Below, piece after piece: positions 25,586 through 38,800 of a DNA stretch of 64,000 bases (positions are counted from its first letter, which is position 1; every line of letters begins with the position of its first letter). Source of the stretch: Tubiluchus corallicola (taxonomy: Eukaryota > Animalia > Priapulida). Where the stretch lies: the NCBI GenBank assembly GCA_030141605.1, contig JAQGDQ010000932.1, forward strand, positions 15,580 to 79,579. Reading direction: 5' to 3'. Under the pieces are notes generated by a model. That model saw only the letters and a list, made by a program, of their open reading frames with translations. It was not told the origin of the DNA and did no database searches. Both the position numbers and the translations under genes were made by a program.

Positions 25586-25975
25586 CAAAGCCGTGGAGTG
25601 ACATTCACATCTGTGTTGTACGTAGTGCTTTGTGACAAAGCCGTGGAGTGACATTCACATCCGTGTTGTACGTAGTCCTTTGTAACAAAGCCGTGGAGTG
25701 ACATTCACATCCGTGTTGTACGTAGTCCTTTGTGACAAAGCCGTGGAGGGACATGCACATCCGTGTTGTACGTAGTCCTTTGTGACAAAGCCGTGGAGGG
25801 ACATTCACATCCGTGTTGTACGTAGTCCTTTGTGACAAAGCCATGGAGTGACATTCACATCCGCGTTTTACATTGTGCTTTGTGACAAAGCTGTGGAGTG
25901 ACATTCACATCCGTGTTGTGCGTAGTGCTTTGTAACAAAGCTGTGGAGTGACATTCACATCCGTGTTGCACATAG
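25581..25975. repeat. 50-bp tandem repeat x8 in AGGF1 3' UTR
   Basis: Unit TGTGACAAAGCCGTGGAGTGACATTCACATCCGTGTTGTACGTAGTCCTT. Confidence 0.95.
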
Positions 25976-27943
25976 TTATGCACGATAGACCTGCAATGTG
26001 TTAAAATAACAGATCACAAAAAGTGCTTAAGAATGTGCTAAAGGTTATTACTATTTAGACAAAATAAAAAATTGCATTTAAGAAAACTGAAACACAAATT
26101 ATTACTTTATGATTCTAGACATTTGAAGCAATTCTAACCATTTTAAAATATTAACTAATTATTAAAGTAGGTGGTGACTTACATTTACTGGTGACAACTT
26201 TGTCTTGAAAATACAACTAGTGACTGTTAAATTGTGACAAAATAGTCAAAGCAATGCAAGTATCACCAAATGGCATGATCAGCATAGCGGCAACAAAAAT
26301 CGTAACTACGTGTAGAAACAACTGTGATTGATAGGTGGCGTATACTACTAAAGCTTAGTTCACATGACCAAGGCTGGCTTCGTTTTAAACACTCAGGAAA
26401 TGCACTTTTGTAAAAATGCGAAAATAAAACAAATAATTATAGAATAAATTATAGAATTGCTAGATTAAATTGCTTGACACCAACAATTAGACTTATGGTA
26501 ACGTAGAATCAATCCCCTAATTGTCACAAAAACATCTAGTACGGGTCGCTCCTGATACAAGCTACACACGTGTCATTACACGCTGCTTGGTTCCTCTGAT
26601 GTACTGATGTAAACAAAGTGACGCTCCGGCAACTAGTGGTCAGCTCTCGAAACAACAGACTTTTCCGTAGTATGCGTGACTTTTTAAGGGTCCAGATTTG
26701 TCCAATTTTCTGATACCTGTAAAAGTGAGGTCTGGCAAACCGAGATATGAGTGTATTTGCAACATTATAATAGTGACCATATTTTGTATTGGAGCGCATG
26801 AAGATTTCAATTAACATGTGTGAATTAATTACTAATTGCCTGTGAAACGAAGCGATCTTGCAATTTATAAATTGCAAAATGCTTCTGCTATTATAATTCT
26901 TATCTGTCTCTTCTGATTTGCTTCTTATGCGGTTAGTCTTTCTTACTGTTTTGTTTTAGGTTTGTGTGAGTCAATGTCAACAATTGGTGTCTGGCTAGTT
27001 ATGCCACTTGTGTAAGAAAACTTTGTATGTGATTCAGAAAATTTGAGGCAATAAACGATTTTTAGGATAAAGCTGTAATAAAGATTATAAAAAATTAGAA
27101 CAATTACCTAAAAGCGCTAGATCTGAAAAATCTAGGAAAATCTTTGACATGTGTCTCTTATCAGTTACTAGGCAACCAGTTGTTCATTTCAATTCATGCC
27201 ATCTGCGAAATGGAGAAGTCTAGATGAAATCTGTAGGGTAGACACCTGCAATATATGGGCCGAGATAAAAAACCACCGACCAAAACAGGAGCCGAAATGT
27301 GAAAATTAATGCAAATGGCTTTACCGCTCAAGTTGTAGCATTAAGTAACTCAGAAACCAGAAATTAGTTGCTAGTATCATGCACATTGGTTAGTCATGCT
27401 TGAGCGTAATAGTCTACAAGTATTGACATGAGTTTACCACACCTGACCAGGTATAGTCAGACGTAAACACGACCACGGGTTTATGCTCGCAGATCTGAAT
27501 TCATTCAGTCTTGTTTCTGCTTACTTTTGTCTGAACATAAATTTGTAATACCACTAGATGGACGATCGAATAAGATAATTTTTATACAAAAAACATGTGT
27601 GACTATTTTGTCTCAATGAGCTGTCAAAATCTGAACAGCAGATGGAGAGATCAATGTTTATTGCAATTCAACAGAAAATGATGGTGGCAACAACAAATGC
27701 ACAAAGCTGGACTTCTTGCTAATTCTTCATATGGTGTTTCACTAAATTTTTAATGCTTGTGGCATGATAGATTGCTAATTTGTTTCAAGGCGCGTAAGCT
27801 TGTTCAACTGAAAATTGTGTCGCTTTCTAAATAAATTACAGGTTCGTTGTAACAATGATAGTGACAGTTCTTAACAAATGATGTTCTTTTACAATTATAG
27901 GATATTTTACAGCATGTCACTAAAACTAACACTCTGGAATGAA

Positions 27944-28506
27944 CAGTAAGCAACAATAATGACATCATAATTGGAAGAATCAGTTTTAACATGTTTCAAA
28001 AGCTTTTTGGATTAAAGTTGCTTGTTATTAAACAAAAACCCTGAATTATTATTATTTATTTTGCCGTAATTATTATAATCATTTCAACCAATTTAACTTA
28101 TTACCGCCTCTGATATTTAGAGTCTGGAATTAATAGTAAGCAATAATAAGGACATCATAATTGGAAGAATCAGTTTTAACATGTTTCAAACGTTTTTTTG
28201 GATTAAAGTTGCTTGTTATTAAACAAAAACCATGAATTATTATTAATTATTTTGCCGTAATTATTATAATCATGTCAACCAATTTAACTTATTACCGCCT
28301 CTGATATTTAGAGTCTGGAATTAATAGTAAGCAACAATAATGACATCATAATTGGAAGAATCAGTTTTAACATGTTTCAAACGTTTTTTGGATTAAAGTT
28401 GCTTGTTATTAAACAAAAACCATGAATTATTATTAATTATTTTGCCGTAATTATTATAATCATTTCAACCAATTAAACTTATAACCGCCTCTGATATTTA
28501 GAGTCT
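27944..28506. repeat. ~190-bp tandem repeat x3
   Basis: AGTAAGCAACAATAATGACATCATAATTGG recurs at ~27944, 28135 and 28326. Confidence 0.9.
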
Positions 28507-29191
28507 ATGGTCTCAGCCCCAGGTACATTTGCAAAGTTTATATATTTTGCCAACAGGTGGCATAATGAGCTGCTAGCTAGAATTCACGAGGACGGCAGTA
28601 TTACCCGCATTGCTAAATTAAATTGTGACCAGTGTTTGTGTGTTTCACGAAATTAGGATTTGATTTCCAGTTTTTATTTAAGTACAGAACTTTTATGGGT
28701 AAGATGCTAGCAGTACATACTAATAATGGCAGCCTCTTAAGATGTGTCAGCGTGCACTGGGTATGGAGTGTGAAAAAGGCGGCAAACGTACTTATAAAAA
28801 AGTTATATTAACTGATGAAAAGAATTTGTGGTAGTCAAAACTTAAGTGAATGTATGCAATATAGAAAGAAGATGAACAAACACATTAAGGTGGTAAAGGA
28901 CAATTAAAAGATGCGCATTTGAAAAGAGAGTTTGCACCTTTAGGTGCCACTCATTATCAGGCCCTAGCTTAAATTGGGGCAAAAGCTCTAGTCGAGAATC
29001 GCATTTTACTGTGGTGCTTTTGGAACATACCGAAAAAGTAAAGCTGTGAGACAGATGTAAACAAAACTTGCAGCATTGCTGACTAATTTGAGTCTTCATA
29101 CTTTCGGACAAATGATAGGTCAAGAATAGGACTGAAAGAACATGCTTACAGTCTTCGTAACTGTTAATGAAATAATAATAGCAAAAGTTGG

Positions 29192-29927
29192 GGCGCTATT
29201 ACACTTTCGCACCGCCTAGCTTTTTATAGGTTATTACTCGTTTTCAGGCTCGTAAGTCATCATTCTATTATTCTTACGTCATCAGTGAATGTTTCCGCTA
29301 ATCTAATTGTAATTTAATAATATATTTAGGTATAATTACCAATAATTACGCTGTATTCACAGTTCTACGCCTATACAGGGCGTATCGCCATCTTGTTTGT
29401 GTGTGTAGTCACGTGACAAATTTCGTACTAGTTTATGCATTATCAGGGCCTAGCTTAAAAGGCACATGACACACTTTCATCTTCACCGCATTTACGAAAT
29501 AAAGAAAAAACCTTTACTTTTTTTATAATCTCATAGTAATAATACTACAGTAATAAATAAAATTAATGATAAATAACTGTAGTGTTCCAAAATAATTTCC
29601 CGCGGTACGATACAAACTTCCGTAGCTGCAACCCTAATAATCATAAATTATGCGAAGAAACCAAAAATACAGGTTAAGGGCCACATACGTCACTGCGCGA
29701 GAGCGATTGCGCATCAGTGATGTAAACACGGTTATTCACGTGCAGCTTTTAATGGCGGCTATAGGTAAGTAATGCATGATTTTAATCTGGACTTATAAAG
29801 CGCAAGAAGCAATAATATTATGGGAATATGGTGTATATTACGCCTGTTGGTCTGCTTTCTGGCCTGCAGGCGTGAAAACAACCAATAGGCCAGGAAAAGC
29901 TAGGCGGTGCGAAAGTGTAATAGCGCC
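29192..29927. mobile_element. Merlin/MULE-like MITE, second copy, 8-bp TSD AAAGTTGG
   Basis: Same TIR and body as 5295-6019. Confidence 0.88.
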
Positions 29928-30361
29928 AAAGTTGGCAGTAAAATATTTTGTTCAAGTCTGGTTGGACCTATGCTTAATATCTTCCTGGTGGGTACGTGTA
30001 TTTACCTGTTATCTGTGACAGGTAAAAATGAAGCCTACACTTTCATATCTTCAATGTTTATGAAATTTGGAAACGCAACGACCAGCATACAAATAATTCA
30101 TATGAAACCAAAATAAATTCTATGGTTTCTGTTTTACATGAGTATTTTTGCAAGCAAGTTGATAAACATTTTGCTTTGCACTTCGACGGCAACTGTGCGT
30201 TACATCGAATGTAGATCTGTCCTGCACTTGTATTGGCAGAGGCTGTTTTAGCACAAAGGTAGTTTTTGTTCCACCGGGGGCGTGTGCTCACAGAATGCAA
30301 CAGCAGCGCTGACCAGCGAGCAGCACTCTGAGCAGACTCGATTTTACACTTGCCTAATAGC

Positions 30362-31083
30362 CAGGGATGTTACCAAAACTCGATTTATAAACCAAAATTT
30401 ATCAAACATAAGAAACCAAACAGAAACATTTTTGCAAGAAACTAGTATTAAAACTGAAAAAAGAAAATCCTAAAATAAGTGAAATATCTTGTTTTGTTTG
30501 TTTGCTGTGATACAAAATTACTGATAAAAAACACAATGATGTTTTATAGTAAAGAACCGCAAGTTTGATGGAGTGACTTACGTTAGAAAATGTGTTATAA
30601 TGTTTTTGAATTTAAGTTTCCTTAATGATTAACGTTTAAAGATTGTAATGGTTCGTTAAAATAAAGAATTTTTATTTTGTAAATATTTTGTTATCTATAT
30701 TTCATAAATTATAAAATTAAAATGATTATGCTGAAATAAATTCAAGCGTGGTCTAAGATTTCGGTTGATTGGCCCTAAAACTTCACAGTGGTCAACACTG
30801 AAGATTTGCCTGATTGCTGTGAAGAGCACATAACAAACTGTTACGTAAATGAAATTTTCGCTTTATTTGAACTATTTTAGCCAAAATTTTGCAGCGGTTT
30901 TTGACACCTAGGAGGAAAGAAAAGGTTAATTGGATAAATACTAGTAAAACCTCGGAAAATGCTACCGAAAATTACCGGAAACTTCCGCTACGAAACTTAA
31001 TAAATTTCGTCGAAACCAAAACTTAACCGAAAGTGCAATTATCAACAAACTGAACCGAAAATTTCGATTCGGTAACATCCTTG
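30362..31083. mobile_element. hAT MITE (TIR CAGGGATGTTACC), 8-bp TSD CTAA(T/C)AGC
   Basis: TIR and TSD read directly. Confidence 0.82.
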
Positions 31084-31425
31084 CTAACAGCCACTCCGCT
31101 TATCAGTTAGTGAAGCTGAAACTCTAATATTAAAAAGAGACAGTGAAATTGTTTTGGACAATAGTTCGTTTGACATGATAGTTTACTTTAGATGATGGTT
31201 CGTGAGTATTACAGAAGTCGTGAGAAATACCTTCCAAAAGTCTATTTTATGGCATTTATCGTAGTGATGATTTTAGTGCTTCAAACAGTTATAATTTCAT
31301 GCTATACGTGGTATATAGTACATAGTATATTAAGTATATAATCAGGTATTTGTATTTGGCTAAGATAAAATAAGAATGCCAACAATTAATTCGCACACAA
31401 AAGTTACACATTCGCACATCAAATT

Positions 31426-32065
31426 CAGGGACGAGAATTTTCCTCGCATACGCGGAATTCCGAGTTTTTGGAAGACCAATAGTGCCATTTTTGTAAATCG
31501 TGTAAATTCGTTGAGAAAATTTTTCGGGGTTGAACCTTGTTTTCATCGAAATCGTAACCGAAACTTTCAGTAGCATTTTTTCAAGGTATTTATCTGACTT
31601 ACCTTTCATCTCCTAGATGTTAAAAAGCGCTGAAAAATTTTGGCTAAAATAGTTCAAATAAAGCGTAAATTTCGTTTATTTGATAATCTGTACGATTTGT
31701 AGCATGCATTTTACGGCAATGTGGCATATCTTCATTGCTGGTAAATGTGATGCTTTGAGGCCTCCAGACACAAACAACCAAAATACCACAGCGTAATTTG
31801 AATAAAAGCAAGTTTAATTTTATAATTTATGAAATATAGGCAACAAAATATATGCAAAATAAAATTTGTTAATTTTTTGAAGCTTCACGATCATATGTAT
31901 CATGTATCCTTGATAGTTGGGTATTTTAAATTATGCATGAAACAAGGTAATTGATATTTTAAGTCCACTTAGAGGCTCACTAGGGTCACAAAATTGCAAT
32001 TTGTTGATGCCCCCAAACTTTCGGCCTGTTTCAGAGTTTTTTGCAATTTTTCATTCTCATCCCTG
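31426..32065 (+). mobile_element. hAT MITE (TIR CAGGGATGAGAA)
   Basis: Homologous to 53744-54444; flanks CAAATT(CA) on both sides. Confidence 0.8.
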
Positions 32066-32844
32066 CAAATTCATAAAAATCATCTGGGAAATCTTCTGGC
32101 TAGCCATCTCACGCGTAACATCGCCAGATCGTGTTTGTGTTAATAGAGGAAACCTTTCCACAAATGTACTACTATTCGATACAAGCTTGCTCTAAACAGT
32201 TTCCCATATTTCTCATGGAAAATGCAAAAACAAAGTGAAAGTCGGAATGCAAATTGTATGATAAATAAAATTCCGGGAAGATTAAAGTCGCGAAAGGCTG
32301 AAAAACTGCTTGGTTTTGTCGGAAAGTAGCAAGTGAGGAACATTTCATCTCTGGTACGCATAAAATTTGCGGAGAAGTCGGAAATTAGGCCATTTCCATT
32401 TTTCATGGCCATTTCTGTTTTAGTCGGCCATTTTCTTGAATTCCGCCCATTTTCCGTTATCCTTACACAAATATTTGTCATCGCGAAGAAATTAACCCGG
32501 AAACCATTGAGCTCCTCAAATTCACTGCTATACTATGCCTTACATATCACCTGCATGTTTGCATACATATTTGCAGTTCATAGGCCAGTATTTCGCAGGC
32601 CAGCGACCAATCAGAAAGTAACACGTTGTTGATTTAAGGCTGATTTAAGGCTATTTCTTCACTAAAGTTCTAGTTTTGAGTTTGGCATGTTGTTACTCGT
32701 TACATGACACAGCAGAATGTTGTACCTTCTTAGCAAGTGATAGTTTAGGCCAACAGAGGTAGGAGGTATGATGTGCCTATATTAAGCTACTTAATTTTTC
32801 ATTATTCTCTGAGATTGTCTATAATCGGGTTGTGATTTTGAAGA

Positions 32845-35800
32845 ATGGACGCGGCTAAAGCAGGGATGAGAACTTTTCGCGGATACGAGGAATTCCGAGT
32901 TTTTGGAAGACCAGTAGGGCCATTTTTGTAAATCGCGTAAATTCGTTGAGAAATTTTTTTTACGGACCCAGTACATTATTTCACAAGCTGACTGCTAGTT
33001 GGCAGGCCGTCACTTTGTTTACATCAGTGTAACCACGTGTGTATCTCCATGTATAAAAAGATATTATCAATTGTGCATAGTTATTTGAGTCAATTGCAGA
33101 CAGTTTTTATATACTTTTGCATAGGAGCGGCCAGTACTTAGGCGTTTTTGAGACAATTTGGTATCGTGTATCCTTGATAGTTGGATATTTTGAATTATGC
33201 ATGAAACAAGGTAATTGATATTTTAAGTCCACTTAGAGGTTATGCATGAAACAAGGTAATTGATATTTTAAGTCCACTTAAAGGTTCTCTGTGGCTTGCG
33301 CAGCCCCGAAACCCCCGGCCTGTTTCAGAGTTTTTTGCAATTTGTCATTCTCATCCCTGGGCTAAAGTGTTTCCACTGCAGTGGAAAAAGCTTGGACAAC
33401 CTTTAATTATTGGTTTTGATGATGGATTTGTTGCAGCAGGAAGAACAGGTAATAGATATTATCATGCTGCATTGTGGGATGTCCGATGCTGCGATAATTT
33501 TAGTGTGCGGATCGTTGCTAGGATACCACCGGAATTTTCTATCTTCGTCGTAAAACTATGACTGATTGTGACGCACTGTTTCAGATAGAGACAGGTTCAT
33601 TGACGACGAACTTGCAGAAGTGAGAGAAAAATGCACGGAAAAGATCGACAGCACAAGCGTTGAAGCTTGCGTTCCCGCTATGGTCAGAGTACGAATCAGG
33701 TAGCTGTTTTACGCTACTCACGTTAAAAAATCAACTAATGCTAACATGTAAAATCGTATATATTAATTCTATTGGTATGTTATATATATTAAATATATAT
33801 ATATATAAGATTCGAGGCTACAGCTCACACCGGGCCCACCGGAAGGAATGGGGGGGGGGCAAAAAACGTCCAGAAATGGCCGTTTTTTTGCAAAAGATAC
33901 CACTGAGATCTGAAGAACGGGAACGGGTCATGGGTGGTGCTGGCTATGGATAGATAGCCCGTTCAGCAGTGGGTCCAGTAGGTGTATTTAGAATTCGCGA
34001 GAGGGCGAATTCGCGTCCCGTAATGGGCATTTTCCCGGACCCAACTCCGGCTTTTTCGAAATTTTGGTCAAACAGCCTGCAGAATTTAAAATAATAAGCA
34101 ATTCAATTCCATTCGTTTGTTTGTCTGAGTCTTGTGATCATATCACATTACAATATATGCTGCTTTAATACATTAGGGATGCAGAGAAACAGGGCGGTGA
34201 AAAATCTCATGGTTGCTGAGTTGCTCCACCCCTAACTTAAACATAACTGTAAATTGTAGTGGCAGAAAAATAAGTAAAATTTGTGAAGAAGTTGTTTTAA
34301 TATTATATACTAATTGAAAAACAGTGTACGCACACACACACACACACACACACTACCACACCCATGCACACGCATACACACATGCAAGCATGCACGCACG
34401 CACACACTCACACACACACAGAAGCATGCACGTGCACACACACAAGCATGCATGTGCACACACACACGTGCGCGCGCACGCACACACATACAAGCATGCA
34501 TCCACACACACACACACAAGCATGCATATATATATATTTTAGCTCTTCCTTAAAGAATTAAAATCGATAATAATATAATTGTTAGCAATCGCTAGTCATG
34601 CTCTATAGTTTACAGTGTACAGTTAAGTAAAATATACAAGAAAAAAGGTAAATTCAGCCAAGCTGTATAAGATTTTTTTAGACTAACATCTGTAACGTAT
34701 TTCATACCGTCAATGTAAAAGTTTAATAAACCAAATTTAATAAGTCAATGAGCAAAGATTTTGGAGAATTCGAATCGTTGAAATCTTTGAATATATGCGT
34801 GCTTGCAAACCAAAATCGTCCATATGTTGGCAAAGTTAAAACTACGTAATGATGCACGCATTTTATGTAATGATGCAGTGCAAGCAAAGAGAATGCTTCA
34901 AGGTAGAATGCACCAAAAATTTGGTTAAATGTCAATTTTATATTTTTTTATAAAACACAGCGCTAAATATATTGATCTTTAATATTCCAACATCAGATTG
35001 TTAGCAAAATGTTCAAAAAATACTTAAAAATCTAATTTCTCAACTTTTTTGTCTGGAAACTAGTACTACAATTGAGAAAAACTTGTATTTTCAAACTCCG
35101 GTAGCACCTCGGGGAAGCAGCCATTTTGCTTCGGGTTTTTTCTGTTGCGAAAAAGTAGTATCTCTTATTTGTAGGGCTTCGGATCTAACACTCGAATTCG
35201 ATTCGGGCGAGTTTTTTTTAATTCAGATGCCATTCGGGACTAAGATAGTGAATTCGAATGATTCATTATTTCAACTACATGCAGTCAAATCCTCGTTATA
35301 CAGCCCCCCCCCCCCCCATAATGCCAGCCTCGTTTCATGCCCAAGCTTTTGGCGAAACAAAATGTCTATATTTGCATTTTCATGTATTTGTTACTATTAA
35401 TTATTATTAATGCACCTCGTTTTTGTTAAGTCCCTGAGTGTGGTGCTATAAAGACGTTTGATTGTATACCTCTTTATCATTAAACCGTTTGAAGCAGTCC
35501 TATTTATAACAACTTCTCTGCGCAATTTAAAGTGTAAAATCGAGAAATATTCCAAGCTGTTTTAAGACTGTCTTTTATTAGTGAGTCAGGAAGCTTTGAT
35601 GATTTGGAAATCTTTAAAACTGAATTTGATTTGAAGAGAGAGGAGAGAGAGAGGGGGAGGGAGAGAGAGGGTGGAGGGAGAGAGAGAGATTGAGAGAGAG
35701 AGAGAGAGAGAGAGAGCTGGAGGGAGGGTTTGAGAGGGGGAGGGGGTTGAGATTGAGAGAGAGAGAGGAGGGAGGGAGGAATTGAGAGAGAGAGAGAGGG

Positions 35801-38800
35801 AGGGAGGGATTGCAAGAGAGAGGGAGGGAGGGATTGAGAGGGAGAGTGAGGGAGGAATTGAGAGAGAGACAGAGGGAGGGATTGCGAGAGAGAGGGAGGG
35901 AGGGAGTGAGAGAGAGGGGGAGAGATTGAGAGAGAGAGGGGGGAGGGAGGAATTGAGAGAGAGAGAGAGAATGCTTACTACTACTAATAATAGTATTGAT
36001 ATTGATGAGCTTTTTGAAGGTAAAGATTTGAGTAAAAGTTTTTAAGTGTCATTTCAGAAAAACCAAACACAAAGATCTCACTGTCTGCATCCAGTTTACT
36101 GAACAATATCCCAAGGAACATCTCGTCGTGGAACTGAAGAGCAAAACACTTCCAGACAAATTTCTGGATGGACTATCTAGGTTGTGTGAGAAGGAAGCTG
36201 CTGATAAGCACCTGGGCAGGCGGCAGGTAAAATCATTATAAACTTTTGTGTTCAACTGAGTACAATGTAGGTAGCAGTGATGATGATGATGATGATGATG
36301 ATAAAGATGGATGGTGGTTACGATGATAAAAATGGTTGGTGATTATGATGATGACTGGATGATAAAGATGGATGTTGATTATGATGATAAAGATGGATGC
36401 TGATTATGATGATAAACATGGATGGTGATTCTGATAATGATTAAGACAGTAAAGATGGATGATGATGATGATTATGATGAGAAAGGTGGATGGTGTTTAC
36501 GATGATAAAGATGGATACTGATTACGACGATTATTAAGACGATAAAGGTTAATGGTGGTGATGATTATGATGATAAAGATGGATGGTGGTTACGATGATA
36601 AAGATGGTTAGTGATTATGATGATGATTGGATGATAAAGATGGATGGTGATTATGATGATGATCATGATGGTGATGGGTGTGGTGGATGTGATGATGGTA
36701 ATGATATTGATGCTGCTGCTGCTGCTAACGATGATGATGATGATGATGACAATGTGTTGGAGGCAGCTGTAAGGATGGTACACTCAATAAAAATATAAAA
36801 AACGAGATACCAGGTATTTTTGTGTATGTATATGTGTAAGATATGTTTTTGACAAATATAGTTCGAAATCCGCTTGGCTGTGTACGTGAAAATAACGGGT
36901 ATGGTGGTTTGGAGAACTATGTATGCCAATTTTCATGCTTCTTTCATTTTTTGCACAAATGTAATTATTTAACTTATTGAAATATTGAAAGGAAACATAC
37001 TATTTTTTCAAGAATGACTTACGTGAAAGAATTATTACCTCACAAACACAATTTCGCGTTCGCGCCACTAGTTCTTCCCTGTTACATGTGTTTCGCCATT
37101 CTCTATTTAGACGGGCACTAGCGCCTGCATTTTGGAAACGTATTGTACAAAAAACAGGTGCTGTACCTCTCAGTTCAGATGTGTTAGTTTATGACGCACA
37201 TTCGACAGCTGATGTGTGAGCACAGCAGTAAATCTGGAATTCGAATTTTTATCTTAAAACTTGTCTAGTTTTAGTACAACACGCTGAATATCTCACAGTA
37301 ACACTGTACTGCAATTTTCGCTTTTGCAAACACGTGCTACTCGCTCGTGGAATATTTTTGCTGTTCAAAATTATGTTAGTTTGTGATGTCATAAATAGTT
37401 GGATTTGCCTGGCATTAATTAAGATTTTAATCTAGAACTTGTATATCGGAAACACTTTTGCAGTATTAATTGTGTTAGAATGTATACTTTTTATCGAACT
37501 TAAAAATGGGGTAGTATATGAAAAATCATCCTGTCTTCCTTTAAACAGCAGACTATAGTGTCATATTTGAGTGTGGCTTCTTGTTACAAGTGATTATTAT
37601 GTAAATAAATAAATATTATTATGTAGATAAATAAATAATAAATAAATTTTATTTTATTCGAGCCAATATTGTTGTTGGTTAAAAACTGGATTAGTTGAAG
37701 CCCTTGCGGTCACACCTGTGTTCTCTACTGTTACACCTTTATCGTATGCAAACTAGCGTTTTTAGTCATGTATATGCAGTCATACCTCGGTTTTCGACCA
37801 TAATTCATTCCTAAAAAGTGTTTGAAAACCGATTTGGTTGAGAACCGAATCATTTATTCCCATAAGAAATAATTTAAAAGCAAATAATCCGTTCTCAAGC
37901 ACCAAATGAACTGTAAAGTATTATTAAAACGAAATATAATAATGCAACGATGTTTATTCAAACAGTAGATGTGATATTATTGATAAGAAAAACATAATAG
38001 AATTCCTTAGAAAGAAAAACATAATTATTCCTGCATGAAAAAACCTTACGTGTTGGTAGCAATGTGATGGTATACGTAAGCAAGAGCAGAAACACGTGTG
38101 TGACTACTCTCGGGCGTGGTTGGGTACGCTCGGCTCTACTCGGCTCGCTGCGCATGCTTGGCAGTTGGTCGAGTACCGAAATTCTAATCGAGACAATTTC
38201 AACTCGAAGTTTGTGGTCGAAAACTGATTTGTGCGAGTACTGAGACGTTCAAAAATCGAGGTATGACTGTATATGTAATATAGCGTATGTATAATGTACT
38301 AAGGTATGACTCTATATGTAGCATAATATAATGTACAGCATGCAAAAGTAAATATATATATTTGCTAAAATTCAAAGTTGTTTATATTAATATACAGTTA
38401 TACTGTAGCAAAATAGGTAAACAGTAAGTTTATATGCATCTTTATAGCTTACTACTATTCATTTTATTATGTTTTTTTAGGGGCGTATTCAATTCTAAAT
38501 ATTAAACATTTTTCTTTTTAAAATTTTTGCACTATTTCATTTAATTTTTATACTATATTACACTAATTATTTCTATGCACTGTACAACTACAATATACTA
38601 TAAAGTTTAACATTAGAATAATGGCAACCTGTAGAGGACTGTATAGACGTATGTTTCCCTCGCATTTGGCATTTTTTGTTGCATCTTGATGTAATACCGA
38701 TACTGTACTGTCCATGTGTGCGAAATGAAATGATTCTTGTTCCTATTCTTGGTACTCTATGACTCTATGCTTTCAGGTTTTGCTCGCAATTAAATTCATA

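Noticed and set aside
32861-33367. Perfectly self-excising introner
   Set aside because: No position sliding through the TSD gives both a GT/GC start and an AG end for an exact 507-nt removal; only imperfect splicing is possible.
33419-33448. [10 protein letters not shown] as the first exon of the RWD-RING gene
   Set aside because: Its phase-0 end puts exon 33585 out of frame and gives an early TGA.
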